DNA from: Rhizophagus irregularis
Taxonomy: Eukaryota
Length of the DNA: 64,000 nucleotides
NCBI RefSeq assembly: GCF_026210795.1
Contig: NC_089429.1
Location: forward strand, 620,001 to 684,000
Direction of reading: 5' to 3'
The position numbers were made by a program, and so were the translations under genes. Shown here piece after piece: positions 53,139-64,000 of the stretch (position 1 is the first letter of the stretch; every line of letters begins with the position of its first letter). The notes beneath the pieces were generated by a model. That model was given only the letters and a program-made list of their open reading frames with translations, was not told the DNA's origin and did no database searches.

Positions 53139-54375
53139 AAATATAATACTATTATATGATCAAAAAACTCTATTATGTTATTAAGTCTTAAATATTGAGA
53201 TAGTGATAACACTATTCAAACTAAATTTTTTCATAATAAATAATTATATGAAAACACATAAAAATAAAATTATTCAAATTCCTTTCTCACCATAAAATAT
53301 AGTAAAGTTTAAAGAACCATTTTCTTAGCAAGCCTTAAAATTTTTTTTATAACTGATTACTAAAATATTGATCTAAAATACCTTGATTTAAAAGATTATT
53401 TAGATAAAATAGCTAATTAATTACTGAAATTTTTAAAAATTTATGAATCTGCAAACTGACACATAATCTTAAAGAATTTTTGTAACTGACGTACTAAGAG
53501 CCAGATTTGTGAATTTAAACAATGAATTTTATAATTTACACAATATTTTTTTTTTTGAAAAAAAATAAGAATAAAATAGGTCAACTAATTTTAGAACTTT
53601 GATAATGATCAAGCCAAAGTGTTCAGTACAGTAACAAAATAAGATGCTATGCGTGGCAAATCTTTTTTTTAGTTTCCATCTGATGGATATTTATCTAAAG
53701 GTGAATTATTTCATCTAAAGTAATATTAACCCTCTTTTCTTCAAAGTTCTAGAATTAATAAAGAAATTTCACAAGTTAAAAACATACAAAAGTACTTATT
53801 TAGAGAAAAAAATATGAATTCGTTACAGAAATAGTTCCGACATTAATATTAAATGTCAAGCTCGTGTAAAAATGTATAGATGAGTTTATTGAAATGAATA
53901 ATACCCGAAAACGTCTGATCTCATAAAAATAAAAATACAAATGCAGTAAATTTTTATGCAATTAAGAATCTCGTACACTACTATTTTCGGTACTCTTAAT
54001 TTTTACATAATGCCTGCTGAAGCAGTGTTCGGAATATAACTTAAGTAACAAAAGGATTGATTCAAATGGATACTTGTACGTAATAAAAAGAGAGTAGCGT
54101 AAGATTTTGCATCGGGTGATTTATTAGTCTTTTATAAGGGACTTTTTTACAGTTCACGTGATGATGTGATTATGTAAAGTGAAAGCAATTCATGATGTAA
54201 CTTAAATTGCCTAAAATATAAATCTAATGACAATTATTCAAATCAGGAAAAAATGAGACATACTATTATTATATAATATATACGATTTTGTTTGATAATA
54301 TCATTTTGGATAATCTTTTTATTTTTTTATTTTTATTTTTTACTTATTTATTTTATTTTATTTTTTAAAAAATAG

Positions 54376-55498
54376 AAATCATCTATTTCCATATTTCGAA
54401 GTGGCTCTGTTCATTCCGATTGTGGCGCAATTTTTAAAAAATGACAAACAATACTCTCGTAGCATCCCTTTTAGCTTTTCCTTCGTTAATAAAACGACAA
54501 TTTTACAGATGATTGAGGCTCAAAATAATTATTGATATCAAAATCTCGCATTTACATATTATTAATTTAAAGTGGCTCTGCTCTTCAATTGTAAATTTTA
54601 ACATGGCGTAATACTATAGAAAAACGTGACAAAAATACTTTTGTACGCTTCCTTCGCCTTTATTGATATGTAATAATTATCAAAAAAATGTAATCATAAA
54701 ATAATTTGAAATACGTGCTACTATAGAAATATTTTCTTACACAAATACTTGGAGAAAGAAGAGAGAAAATTGCTTTTAAAAACAAATTAATAATCAACAA
54801 ATTAAAAATTATATATATCATACGCAAAATCCGTCAATCATGCAGTTAAAATACTTATTATTGATTTTTATATTTAGTACTATTGTTTCAGCGGGTACTA
54901 ATAAACAATTTCTTTATCTGTTATGCTGAGGTCTTTTTTTTTAATTAATATTAATAATGGAATGTATAAACGTAACACAGATGATGAGGCGTTTATAAAA
55001 CGGGATGAGATTAAGCGTGACGCGGAGCCAGTAGAGTATTTTGAACGTGACGCGCAATATGGGTACTTTTGATTATTAAATTCAAAATGTTAAATGTAAT
55101 GTGTTTTAAATTTTATTACTATTACATATTTTATTTTATTGTTCTGATAAAAATATTCTTTATGTTGACGTAGATCAATTCTAATGAATATTAATAGTAA
55201 ATAAATTAAATTAAATCTCTAATTATACATATATTGGTTGCCAATGTTTTGATAGTATTTAACATATTGTTGTTTGTATTATTTGCCCGTGCCATGATTC
55301 TAAATTATTCCTTTATATGCTAATAATTTACGGATAACCGTGGTTCGAAATAATTATTGACATCGAAAATCTCGCATTTTCATATTACTAATTTAAAGTG
55401 GCTCTTCCATTCAGTTGTAAATTTTAACATGGCGCAATATAGTAAAACGTGGCAAATTACTCTTGCTTGTACATCTCTTTTACTTCGCCTTCATTGGT
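54376..55498 (+). repeat. Three dispersed direct copies of a ~130-bp block (54376-54490, 54535-54668, 55361-55498) bracketing the peptide gene
   Basis: Shared core aaatctcgcattt..catatt..aagtggctct..attgt..tggcg.aat..aaa.gtg.caaa..tact..ttcgcctt. The first copy is the most diverged. Confidence 0.8.
54840..55072 (+). CDS. Small secreted prepropeptide, 48 aa, 2 exons: MQLKYLLLIFIFSTIVSA-DDEAFIKR-DEIKR-DAEPVEYFER-DAQYGYF
   Basis: Exon 1 54840-54894 encodes a signal-peptide-like stretch ending VSA. An 86-nt phase-1 GT..CAG intron spans 54895-54980. GC-richer exon 2 (54981-55072) is open to TGA, with two KR sites and DA/EP dipeptides. Confidence 0.72.
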
Positions 55499-56659
55499 AA
55501 CAATATGATGGTTTAATATCGTCACACGCTATTTGTCACGGTCATTTTCATGTGTTAGTGCATAACGCATGATCAAAAACTCTTTTATGTTATTATCATA
55601 TGTCTTAAATATAGGTTATAGGTTATGACTTACGGTGTCCGGTCCGATGATCTTTCTGAGTCCAGTCATGTGAATTTGGGTCCAGATCATCGGACTATGT
55701 GGTCCTTAAATTACTTGGGTCCGATTGAATATACTACACGAATTTTTTTTTTGCTATTCGCTTTATAACGAGAGTTATTAAAAAGAATTTTTTTTTTTAC
55801 TAATTTAAATATTTAATGGGATAATGGTTGTAATAAGCTAATGCGAAATGTATTCACAAATATAGTATAAATTGCTAAGAACCTCTTGTTTCATTAAAAT
55901 TAAGATGCAAAGCACTGCTACTTTAATTTTTGCTATGAATTTTATTGTATAAATAATATTTATTTAAATCTACAACTAATAATTATTAAATATAAGAAAA
56001 AAAAATAAAATGTAGATCAGTCATGTAAATTTAGTTTGGTCCGATTGATCAAAATCACAGGACTCAGTACAGCTAACTCTAACTCAATCCGATGGCAGAT
56101 CAAAGTTTAAAAATTAATTGCTGAAACTCATAATGCAAAAATAATCTCGAAACATATGACAAATAATCAATCAAATTGTAATTTTGTTTTAAAAAAATTT
56201 TTAACTTTTTAATAAATTACATAAATAAAAAATAATAAATGTATATTATATTTGTGAGAAAGAAGATTCAGATGGTAGTTGGTAATAGTATATAGAAAAA
56301 CTTAAAAATGATTTCAGATTATTTGTTAATATTATAGTTATTTTGTCTTTGAATTTGATTGTTGCATTTAAATTATTCATCAAATGAAATATTATCTTCT
56401 GAAGAATAATTTAGAAGGAATCTTTGATGAAATGCAATTTATTTTACTTATACTTTGATTATTATAATTATTACTACATATCAACCTAATAAAAAAATTT
56501 AAAATAATTTTAATCACTAGAATATCTGAAAAAAATATTGATTTATTTACTCAAAGGGCGACCCTTGTATTATTATTATAATTACATTGGATTTTATTTT
56601 ACCAAATTTATAACCACTATTGTTTTTAATTAGTAAATAATATCAAAAATTAAAGTATC

Positions 56660-57400
56660 GCAAAATCAAAAAATATTTATTATTGCAAACTTAAGTATAC
56701 GCTTCCTCTATATAAATATATAGTAAGAAGTAAAATGTAGATTAACGGGACTGTCTCAAAGTGACCGTCAACCACCGTACAATCCTATATTATCGTACAT
56801 CATGATTTATAAAGAGTTACTGTATTATTAATTAAACTCTTTCTTATATTCTTACTGCTAGAAATTAATTCTTGAATAGTAGTATTAATATATAATGTGT
56901 AAGGGGGTAAAAAATTCCATAATAACTTTTTTGGTCAACGAGTATTTGTGTGAATAAGATTGTATGAGGTCTACTAGGCTCTGCGGGACGAGCTGATGTA
57001 AAATTAGGTAAATGTCATGCGTCGAGTCCGTGACTACAGTGAAGAGCTTGAGTTGTTTAACACTGTCAGGGATGAACTTGTGAGTACGTAAGTTCGTTGT
57101 ATATGTTTCAATAAGTCCAATTAAAATAGGTTCATTGGTGTCCAGCATATCGTGAACATATAGGGAAAGGAACGCCATTTTAGGATATAGGAGTGGGTAA
57201 TGTTTGACGAGGACGTCATCACATGGTAAGATATGATTAAGACTCTTGATTTTAAACGATTGATAAGCTGATTTTCGTTGACTGCAAATATCTTCAGTGT
57301 TATTTGAAGTGTAGGAGGTCTTTAGTGAGAGGCCAGTGAATGCTGTTGACATCATTTTTCAGCTTCATACTTACATAATGTTCAGCCTGTCTTGTCACGT
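56660..57400 (-). mobile_element. LINE (non-LTR retrotransposon) 3' fragment, decayed C-terminal pol region
   Basis: ORF 56885-57355 contains SFKIKSLNHILPC..VL.KHYP.LYP...DTNE, resembling the post-RT/RNase H zinc-finger region of fungal LINE pol, with the cysteines eroded. GC is elevated. Confidence 0.6.
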
Positions 57401-58958
57401 GATTTTATTCGTCAGAAATGAGGAATTTGGTTAGCGTTTAGAACAATTACTTTTTTGAAAAAATGAATTATTGGATTTCATTATTTAAATGAGATTATGA
57501 GATCGGTTTTATTATACGCACATATAAATTTCATTTTATGTTAAAATAAGGTACATCCGGTCGGGCCGTCGGTGATCATATTAATCATATGATCAGCAAC
57601 ATGTATGTTAGGGAGCTGTCAAATATGGCAAGCCGTACTAAGTCAAAAGGTTGATAACTTTTCATCATGTTTTATGATGATTTTTCATCATGTTTCATGA
57701 TAACTTTTCATCATGTTTCATGATGACTTTTCATCATGTTTTATGATAACTTTTCATCATGTTGACATGACGACTTTTCATCATGTTGATCATATTTTTC
57801 ATCATATTTTATGATGTTTTTCACCATGTGACATGAAATTTTTTCATCATGTGTTGAATAATCTTCATCATGTTTCCTAATATGAAATTAAAAATGTCTT
57901 GCCAAACTACTGGTTTTTTGATGTTCAGATTTAGAAAATAAGAAATTTTTTTTTACAAACTTAGAAATTTACCGATTTTCTGGTATTTTGCCATTACACA
58001 AATATATATCACATAAAAAATTTTATCACATCACGTTAACAGTATATGAACAAAAGAAAAATAATTCAATAAAAACAATACATATACATAAATATAGGTT
58101 GTAAAATTTTTCGTATGGGAAGAGTTCATATGGGATATCTTTGATAGAAAATATCTTTTTTGAGATTTTTTGAGTTCGTATGGGAAGAGTTCGTATGGGA
58201 CTTTTTAATAAAGATTTTCTTTTTGTAGGGTTCGTATGGGATATTTTTAATAAAATTTTTTTTTTTTTTTTTTTGAGATTTTCTTAGAGTTCATATGAGA
58301 GGATGTCTTTGATAGAAGAGTTTTTTTTTGAGTTCGTATGGGATATTTTAAATAAAAAATTTTTTTTTTGAGATTTTCTAAGATTCATATAGGATATTTT
58401 TGATAAAGATTTTTTTTTTAAAATATCCCATATGAATCCTAGAATCTCTCAAAAAAATGCTTCTCTGTCAAAGACATCCTCCCATATGAACTCTAAGATT
58501 CATATAGGATATTTTTGGTAAAGATTTTTTTTTTGAGATTTTCTTAGAGTTCATATGGGAGGATGTCTTTGACAGAAAAGCATTTTTTTGAGAGATTCTA
58601 GGGTTCGTATGGGATATTTTAAATAAAAATTTTTTTTTTTTGAGATTTTCTAAGATTCATATAGGATATTTTTGATAAAGATTTTTTTTTAGATTGTTTT
58701 TAATTTGATAATTCATCAAATAACATTGCGAGAACGTTTTTAATATATAATTCAATAAAAAAAAAGTTCACAATGTTTTTTTCAATAATTCATTAAAAGC
58801 ATAGCAAAAACGTTATTTAATATATAATTCAATAAAAAAATGGCTCGCAACATTTTTTTTATTGAATTATACATTAAAAACATTCTCACGGCGTTATTTG
58901 ATGAATTATCAAAGAAACATTAATTAGTATACATTAACGTTCTTGCAGCTATTGATGA

Positions 58959-61370
58959 CATCAGGAAATTTTTTATGCGCAGTAAATGCACAAAAAGGTT
59001 GCAAAATTTTGTGCATAAAAAAAATTGATTTGCGCACCCTGAAAATGCACAATGATTGTATATTTAGTAATGTGTAATTAATTGTTCAAAATTTTGCACA
59101 TTTTTATATAATATATTGTAACTTTATTGAAATGTGCAATATTTGCAACTTTAATAACATAACTTTATAAATTGCGCAAATTTGATATTACTTAATTGCA
59201 TAATTTGTATTCTAACCTAAAAATACAAGCTAAGGCTAAAATCTAAGGCTAAAATCTAAGGCTAAAATCTAACACTAACGCTAAGCAAATTGACAAAATC
59301 TAAACCCAACCATAAATATAAAAATTCCAAGAATAGTAAAATCGAAACACGCGAAAATATAAAAAATAACCAAGTAAAATTGTTAGTAAAATTGAAATTA
59401 ACCGAAATCAATAAACGAAATCAAATAAAATAGTACCAACCGCAAATATAAAAAATCCAAAGAGTAAAATCAAAATAATACCAACCGTAAATATAAAAAA
59501 TTCAAGGCAAATTAGCAAAATCGAAACGCGCATGTAATAACAATTAAAGGAATAAAAGTTGAAATTTACCAAATTGTCACATCCAAGGAGACCAAATAAT
59601 GTAAAAAAGAATCGTTAGAAGCTGTTTGTGAAGATAAAAAATATTAAAAGAATAAAAAAAAATAAAAAACCATACCGAAATATCGCATCTAGAATAATAT
59701 TTTAATAGGTAGTAAGCATTAGTATACTTCGGAAGGTTCACTTCCTACAAAATAATGAAATGTTAGTACATTTCTTCAAAGTAAACATTAAACAAACTGA
59801 CCTCCACACACTTACCCCATATTCCAGGAAGCTGAAACCCTGTAAATTAAAGAAAAAAATTAAAAAATAATTTATTTTTTTTTATTTTTTTTAAAAAAAC
59901 AATAAGTTTTGAAATGAAACTTACCTATCGAACATTCAAGAACAGAAGCTGAAACCTACAAAATAGAAAAAAAATAATTTTTTTTTAAAAAAAATAAAGT
60001 TTTGAAGCGTGTTCAAAATGAACTTACCTATCCAAAGTCCAAGAACTGAAGCCGAAACCTATCAAATAAAAGAAAATAAATTAATTAAATAAAAAAAAAA
60101 TTTTAAAAAAGACTCAAAGCTTTTGCTTCAAAACCATCTATCAAAGCCCAAAACCGAAGTTGATATCTACAAAACAAAAAAAAAATCAACATATAATTTT
60201 TTTAAAAAAATTATTTAAAAAAAAAAGTGTTTACTTCAAAATTCACCTATAAGAGCCCAAAAACGCCAATACCTACAAATAAACAAAAAAAATATTATTA
60301 AAAAAGTATATTTATATTGAATAATAAAAGTTTTGAAGCTTACACTTCAAAACTTACTCATCCAAAGTCTATGATCCAAAACCCAAAACCTAAAAATAGA
60401 AGAAAGAAATTAAAAAAAAATATTTTAAAAGTTTCAAAGCGAAAGCAAAGCTTCGAAACTCACCTAACAAAGACCAAGTATCAGAAGACGTAACTTACAA
60501 AATAAAAAAAAGAAAATTATTAAAAGTTTAAAAAAACTTTTTTAAAAAAAAGTTTTGAAGCGTTTAACCACCTAACAAGGCCCAAGTATCAGAAGGTGAA
60601 ACCTATAAAATAAGAAAAAAAAATTTTTTAAGTTTCAAAGCCAATATCTATACAATAGAAGAAAAATATTTAATAAAAAATAAATAATAGTTTCGAAACG
60701 AAACTTTGAAAAACATTAAATTAAAAGAAAAAAATAAATAAAAAATAATTTTTTTATAGTTTCGCAACGAAACTTTGAAAAGAAAAAAAAATAATTTATT
60801 TAGTTTTGCTGTGAAACTTCGAAGAGTTTTAAATAAAAATAAATTAAAGAAAAAAAATAAAATAAAAAATAATTTTTTTTATAGTTTCGTAACGAAACTT
60901 TGAAAAGAAAAATAAAAAATAATTTTTTTAAAGTTTCGTTGTGAAACTTCGAAAGAGTTTTAAATAAAAAAAATTTAAAAATTAATTTGTTAAAGATTAT
61001 CACTTATCTATTATATACGTGATAATCATTCTTTGGAAAGATATCATGTGTCAAAATTTTGGTCGAAATTTCGCACAGTCCGAACTTTGGCCAAAACTTA
61101 GCCAAAAGTCACATGACCGAAATCGACTAGTGGAACGCAGTGGTTATAAATAGTTTTAATTGGCTATATTTCTCTTATGTGTATATGTGCAATATTTTGT
61201 GCAAATTTTATTCAAAAATGACATATACAATATTTTACAATAAATTGCAAAAAATTTTGCTCATTATTACATAAAATTTGTGCAATTTAAAATTTTGTGC
61301 AATATATTGAACAATATTGAACTTATTGCACATTAATGTACAATATTGACCCCTCCGAAATTTACTGATG
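58959..61370. mobile_element. Nested CACTA/CMC-like non-autonomous element (CA...TG ends, 2-bp TSD)
   Basis: catcaggaaattt (58959) / aaatttactgatg (61370), flanked by ga on both sides. Excision restores ttgatgaattatcaaa, a motif also seen intact at ~58898. tgcacaa/ttgtgca subterminal repeats occur at both ends. Confidence 0.75.
59670..60660 (-). other. Array of ~10 homologous ~25-35 nt micro-exons separated by ~65-95 nt T-rich introns
   Basis: Minus-strand units tag|gtttcagcttctgttcttgaatgttcgatag|gtaagt (59955-59925) and tag|gtttcggcttcagttcttggactttggatag|gtaagt (60058-60028). Similar units lie near 59810, 60140, 60250, 60360, 60465 and 60575. Confidence 0.65.
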
Positions 61371-62732
61371 GAATTATCAAAAAAACTCTCAAAAAAAAAA
61401 TTATCAAAAATATTTTATATGAATCTTAGAAAATCTCAAAAAATTTTTTTATTAGAAATATCCTAGAATCTTTCAAAAAAAAAAACTTATCTATCATCCC
61501 ATAGAATTCTTAAAAAAAAAATCTTTATTTATCAAAAATATCCTATACGAATCTTAGAACATCTCAAAAAAAAAAAATTTTATTAAAAATATCCCATACG
61601 AACCCTACAAAAAGAAAATCTTTATTAAAAAGTCCCATACGAACTCTTCCCATACGAACTCAAAAAATCTCAAAAAAAATATTTTCTATCAAAGATATCC
61701 CATACGAACTCTTCCCATACGAAAAATTTTACAACCTATATTTATGTATATGTATTGTTTTTATTGAATTATTTTTCTTTTGTTCATATACTGTTAACGT
61801 GATGTGATAAAATTTTTTATGTGATATATATTTGTGTAATGGCAAAATACCAGAAAATCGGTAAATTTCTAAGTTTGTAAAAAAAAATTTCTTATTTTCT
61901 AAATCTGAACATCAAAAAACCAGTAGTTTGGTAAGACATTTTTGGTTAGTTAAAATTTCATATTAGGAAACATGATGAAGATTATTCAACACATGATGAA
62001 AAAATTTCATGTCACATGGTGAAAAACATCATAAAATATGATGAAAAATATGATCAACATGATGAAAAGTCATCATGTCAACATGATGAAAAGTTATCAT
62101 AAAACATGATGAAAAGTCATCATGAAACATGATGAAAAGTTATCATGAAACATGATGAAAAATCATCATGAAACATGATGAAAAGTTATCAACCTTTTGA
62201 CCAGTACGGCTTGCCATAGTCAAAACCCAAAATCTTGACGATCAAAATCCGTTATAAATAATCCCGAATGTTCAACTCATCCCAACACTTGTTAATTTTA
62301 CATTGTTGTAATAATTTTGTTACACTTTGTAACGATTAATATTTCTACGAATATGTAATAATGAATTATTAATGTTATTAGAAAAAATAAATTTTAGTTT
62401 TTGCTTAAAAATTTAATGTTTGTATATAATAAAGATATTATTTTTTTTAATATATTTAATAGTCATTTTTTATTCAGTGTTGAAATAATGAGTGTCGGAT
62501 TTTGAATTTATGGGATTGCGTCGGCGGGTTTGTGTTTATAACGGGACTCCTTGGGATTTGTAGTAAATTCGCATGGTTGCGTATGTATATGAATTTCAAA
62601 TAATGTATAATTTTTTCTTTTTGTTTTATTTATTCATTGTTGATCAAACATGCATGGTTAATGAGATCGTTGTTTTATTGGGTTACGGTATATTTCAGCT
62701 GAATATTTTGACGATTATCCCATACCCATCAA

Positions 62733-62845
62733 ATGGATGGTTCGTCGAATGGATGTTTCGCCGAAGGGAGGTTCCAACGAAAGTATATTTTATCGAATCC
62801 ATTTCACCAAATCGTCCATTTTACGAATTCCATTTCACCAAATAA
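62733..62845. repeat. Subterminal-repeat end of a MITE-like element (ttcgccgaa / tttcaccaaat repeats)
   Basis: About six ~15-bp periodic units: ttcgtcgaa, ttcgccgaa, ccaacgaa, ttatcgaa, ttcaccaaa. Confidence 0.5.
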
Positions 62846-63562
62846 AATTTTGCTGAGATTAACATTTTCATAAAAGATATTCAACGTGCAATGATAAACA
62901 AATTCTTTTTATTTTTAAATAACTTTCTTTTCCAGGATATTATCACTTTAACATTCAAGTAACTGATATTAATTGTTACACAATAAATAAATAACTTTAT
63001 TTTCCTGAAAAAAAAAAGATTTCAATTCGTGATTCACGAGTCAGCTGCAAAGGATCTGCAGAAAATGGGAATCTGGTGTAGTGTCAAATAAAAGTAAAAA
63101 ATTGTTGTAAAAACTGTTCACATAAAAAGCATTATTTAATGAATGAAAATTGGGTCACGGATCACGAATTAATGTATTACAAACAACCAATCTATTTAAT
63201 AAATTTCATCTAATTCATGAAATAAGTAATTTTTTGGAATGTTTTATTCAGATACTGTTCTTGGTTTTATTATACGCACGTATTTATTCTTATTCAAGAT
63301 ATATTAATGAATTCACATGTCTCTTTATATATTAGCTAACTAAAAAATAGAATCAGTCTTTATCGTATTATTCATTATTTTATTGTTCGAATGGTTTCCA
63401 CCCCTTAGTAAAAAGCTATTACGAATTTCATTTTATATAACGAAATTTGCTCTCATTTATTGATTAATTTTTAATTTCACACGATAAATTATAAATTCTT
63501 TCTTTTTGTTTTATTTATTCACATGCAAACAAATATAAATATACATTTACATATAAAAAATA

Positions 63563-63710
63563 TGGATTTACAAAATCCTGGCAACCATAAAATCGAAAGT
63601 CTACAATCCTGAAACCAAGATCCTGACAAAACCAAATCCTGCTGAAATAAAATCCCGATAGTTACAAATTTTGACAGTTAAAAATTCTTGACAGTCAAAA
63701 TCCCAAAGTT
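63563..63710. mobile_element. Left end of another aaaatccc/aatcctg subterminal-repeat MITE
   Basis: Repeated aaaatcctg / aaaatcccga units as at 42130-42230. No matching right end seen within the window. Confidence 0.5.
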
Positions 63711-64000
63711 TTTTTTTTTTAAAAAAATTATATAAAATTTCCATAATTTTAAAAATGCAGTGACGTCAGTAGTAACGGGCTAATTTATTAAAACTGATAT
63801 AATCTATAAATTTTATTAATACCAATGTAAATTGTTTGCAAATTTTATTAATATTAATGCAAATTAACTAACGTTACTATATTATTAATGAAAATTAAAG
63901 AAAAAATTTTTTATCTTAGTTAAAAGGATTATGTACAATATATTACTAGATTACTAAACTATTCCTTATCTTCTAAAATTAGAAATAATTGCATAAAAAA

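Larger units (their letters stand above)
57624..62218. mobile_element. Non-autonomous foldback-type element with >600-bp near-identical TIRs and apparent 6-bp TSD
   Basis: tatggcaagccgtact...(57624) vs ...agtacggcttgccata (62218). Arms 57624-~58260 and ~61575-62218 are almost perfectly complementary and contain 21-bp ttttcatcatgtt and gttcgtatggga subrepeats. gtcaaa occurs at 57618-57623 and 62219-62224. Confidence 0.88.
57611..62550. mobile_element. Host MITE (gggagc...ctcc family) split by a 4.6 kb insertion
   Basis: Removing 57624-62224 gives gggagctgtcaaaacccaaaatcttgacgatcaaaatccgtta, matching 42123 gggagc..tcaaaatcccaacgatcagaatccgtta. The right end is gggattgcg...acgggactcc at ~62512-62550. 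Confidence 0.7.

Noticed and set aside
55630..57580. Possible large element bounded by ggtccg-rich ends
   Set aside because: End similarity is loose and no TSD was found, so boundaries cannot be supported.

Overview
This is very AT-rich, intron-rich eukaryotic DNA. The gene content (tyrosine-kinase-like kinases with an HRDLHSGN catalytic loop and a CxxC N-terminus, a BTB-BACK-TLDc relic, a Crinkler-like nuclease gene, and MULE/FAR1 and LINE relics) points to a Glomeromycotina (Rhizophagus-like arbuscular mycorrhizal) fungus; this is inference. The backbone is a birth-and-death cluster of four multi-exon kinase genes interleaved with five aldo-keto reductase copies (two intact, two pseudogenes, one 5' fragment). 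Many transposon insertions overlay it, several with readable ends and target-site duplications (TSDs): a 3.25 kb MULE splitting a kinase promoter, MITEs, two A-tailed retro-insertions with 17-18 bp TSDs, a Helentron-like element, and a three-level nest at 57.6-62.5 kb carrying an array of ~31-nt micro-exons. There is also a palindromic ~61-bp satellite and a 4x ~1.02 kb tandem amplification of a kinase 3' end. The most notable item missed by the ORF track is a two-exon, 48-aa secreted prepropeptide gene (54840-55072) with Kex2/Ste13-type processing sites. Exon boundaries were read by eye and are unverified.
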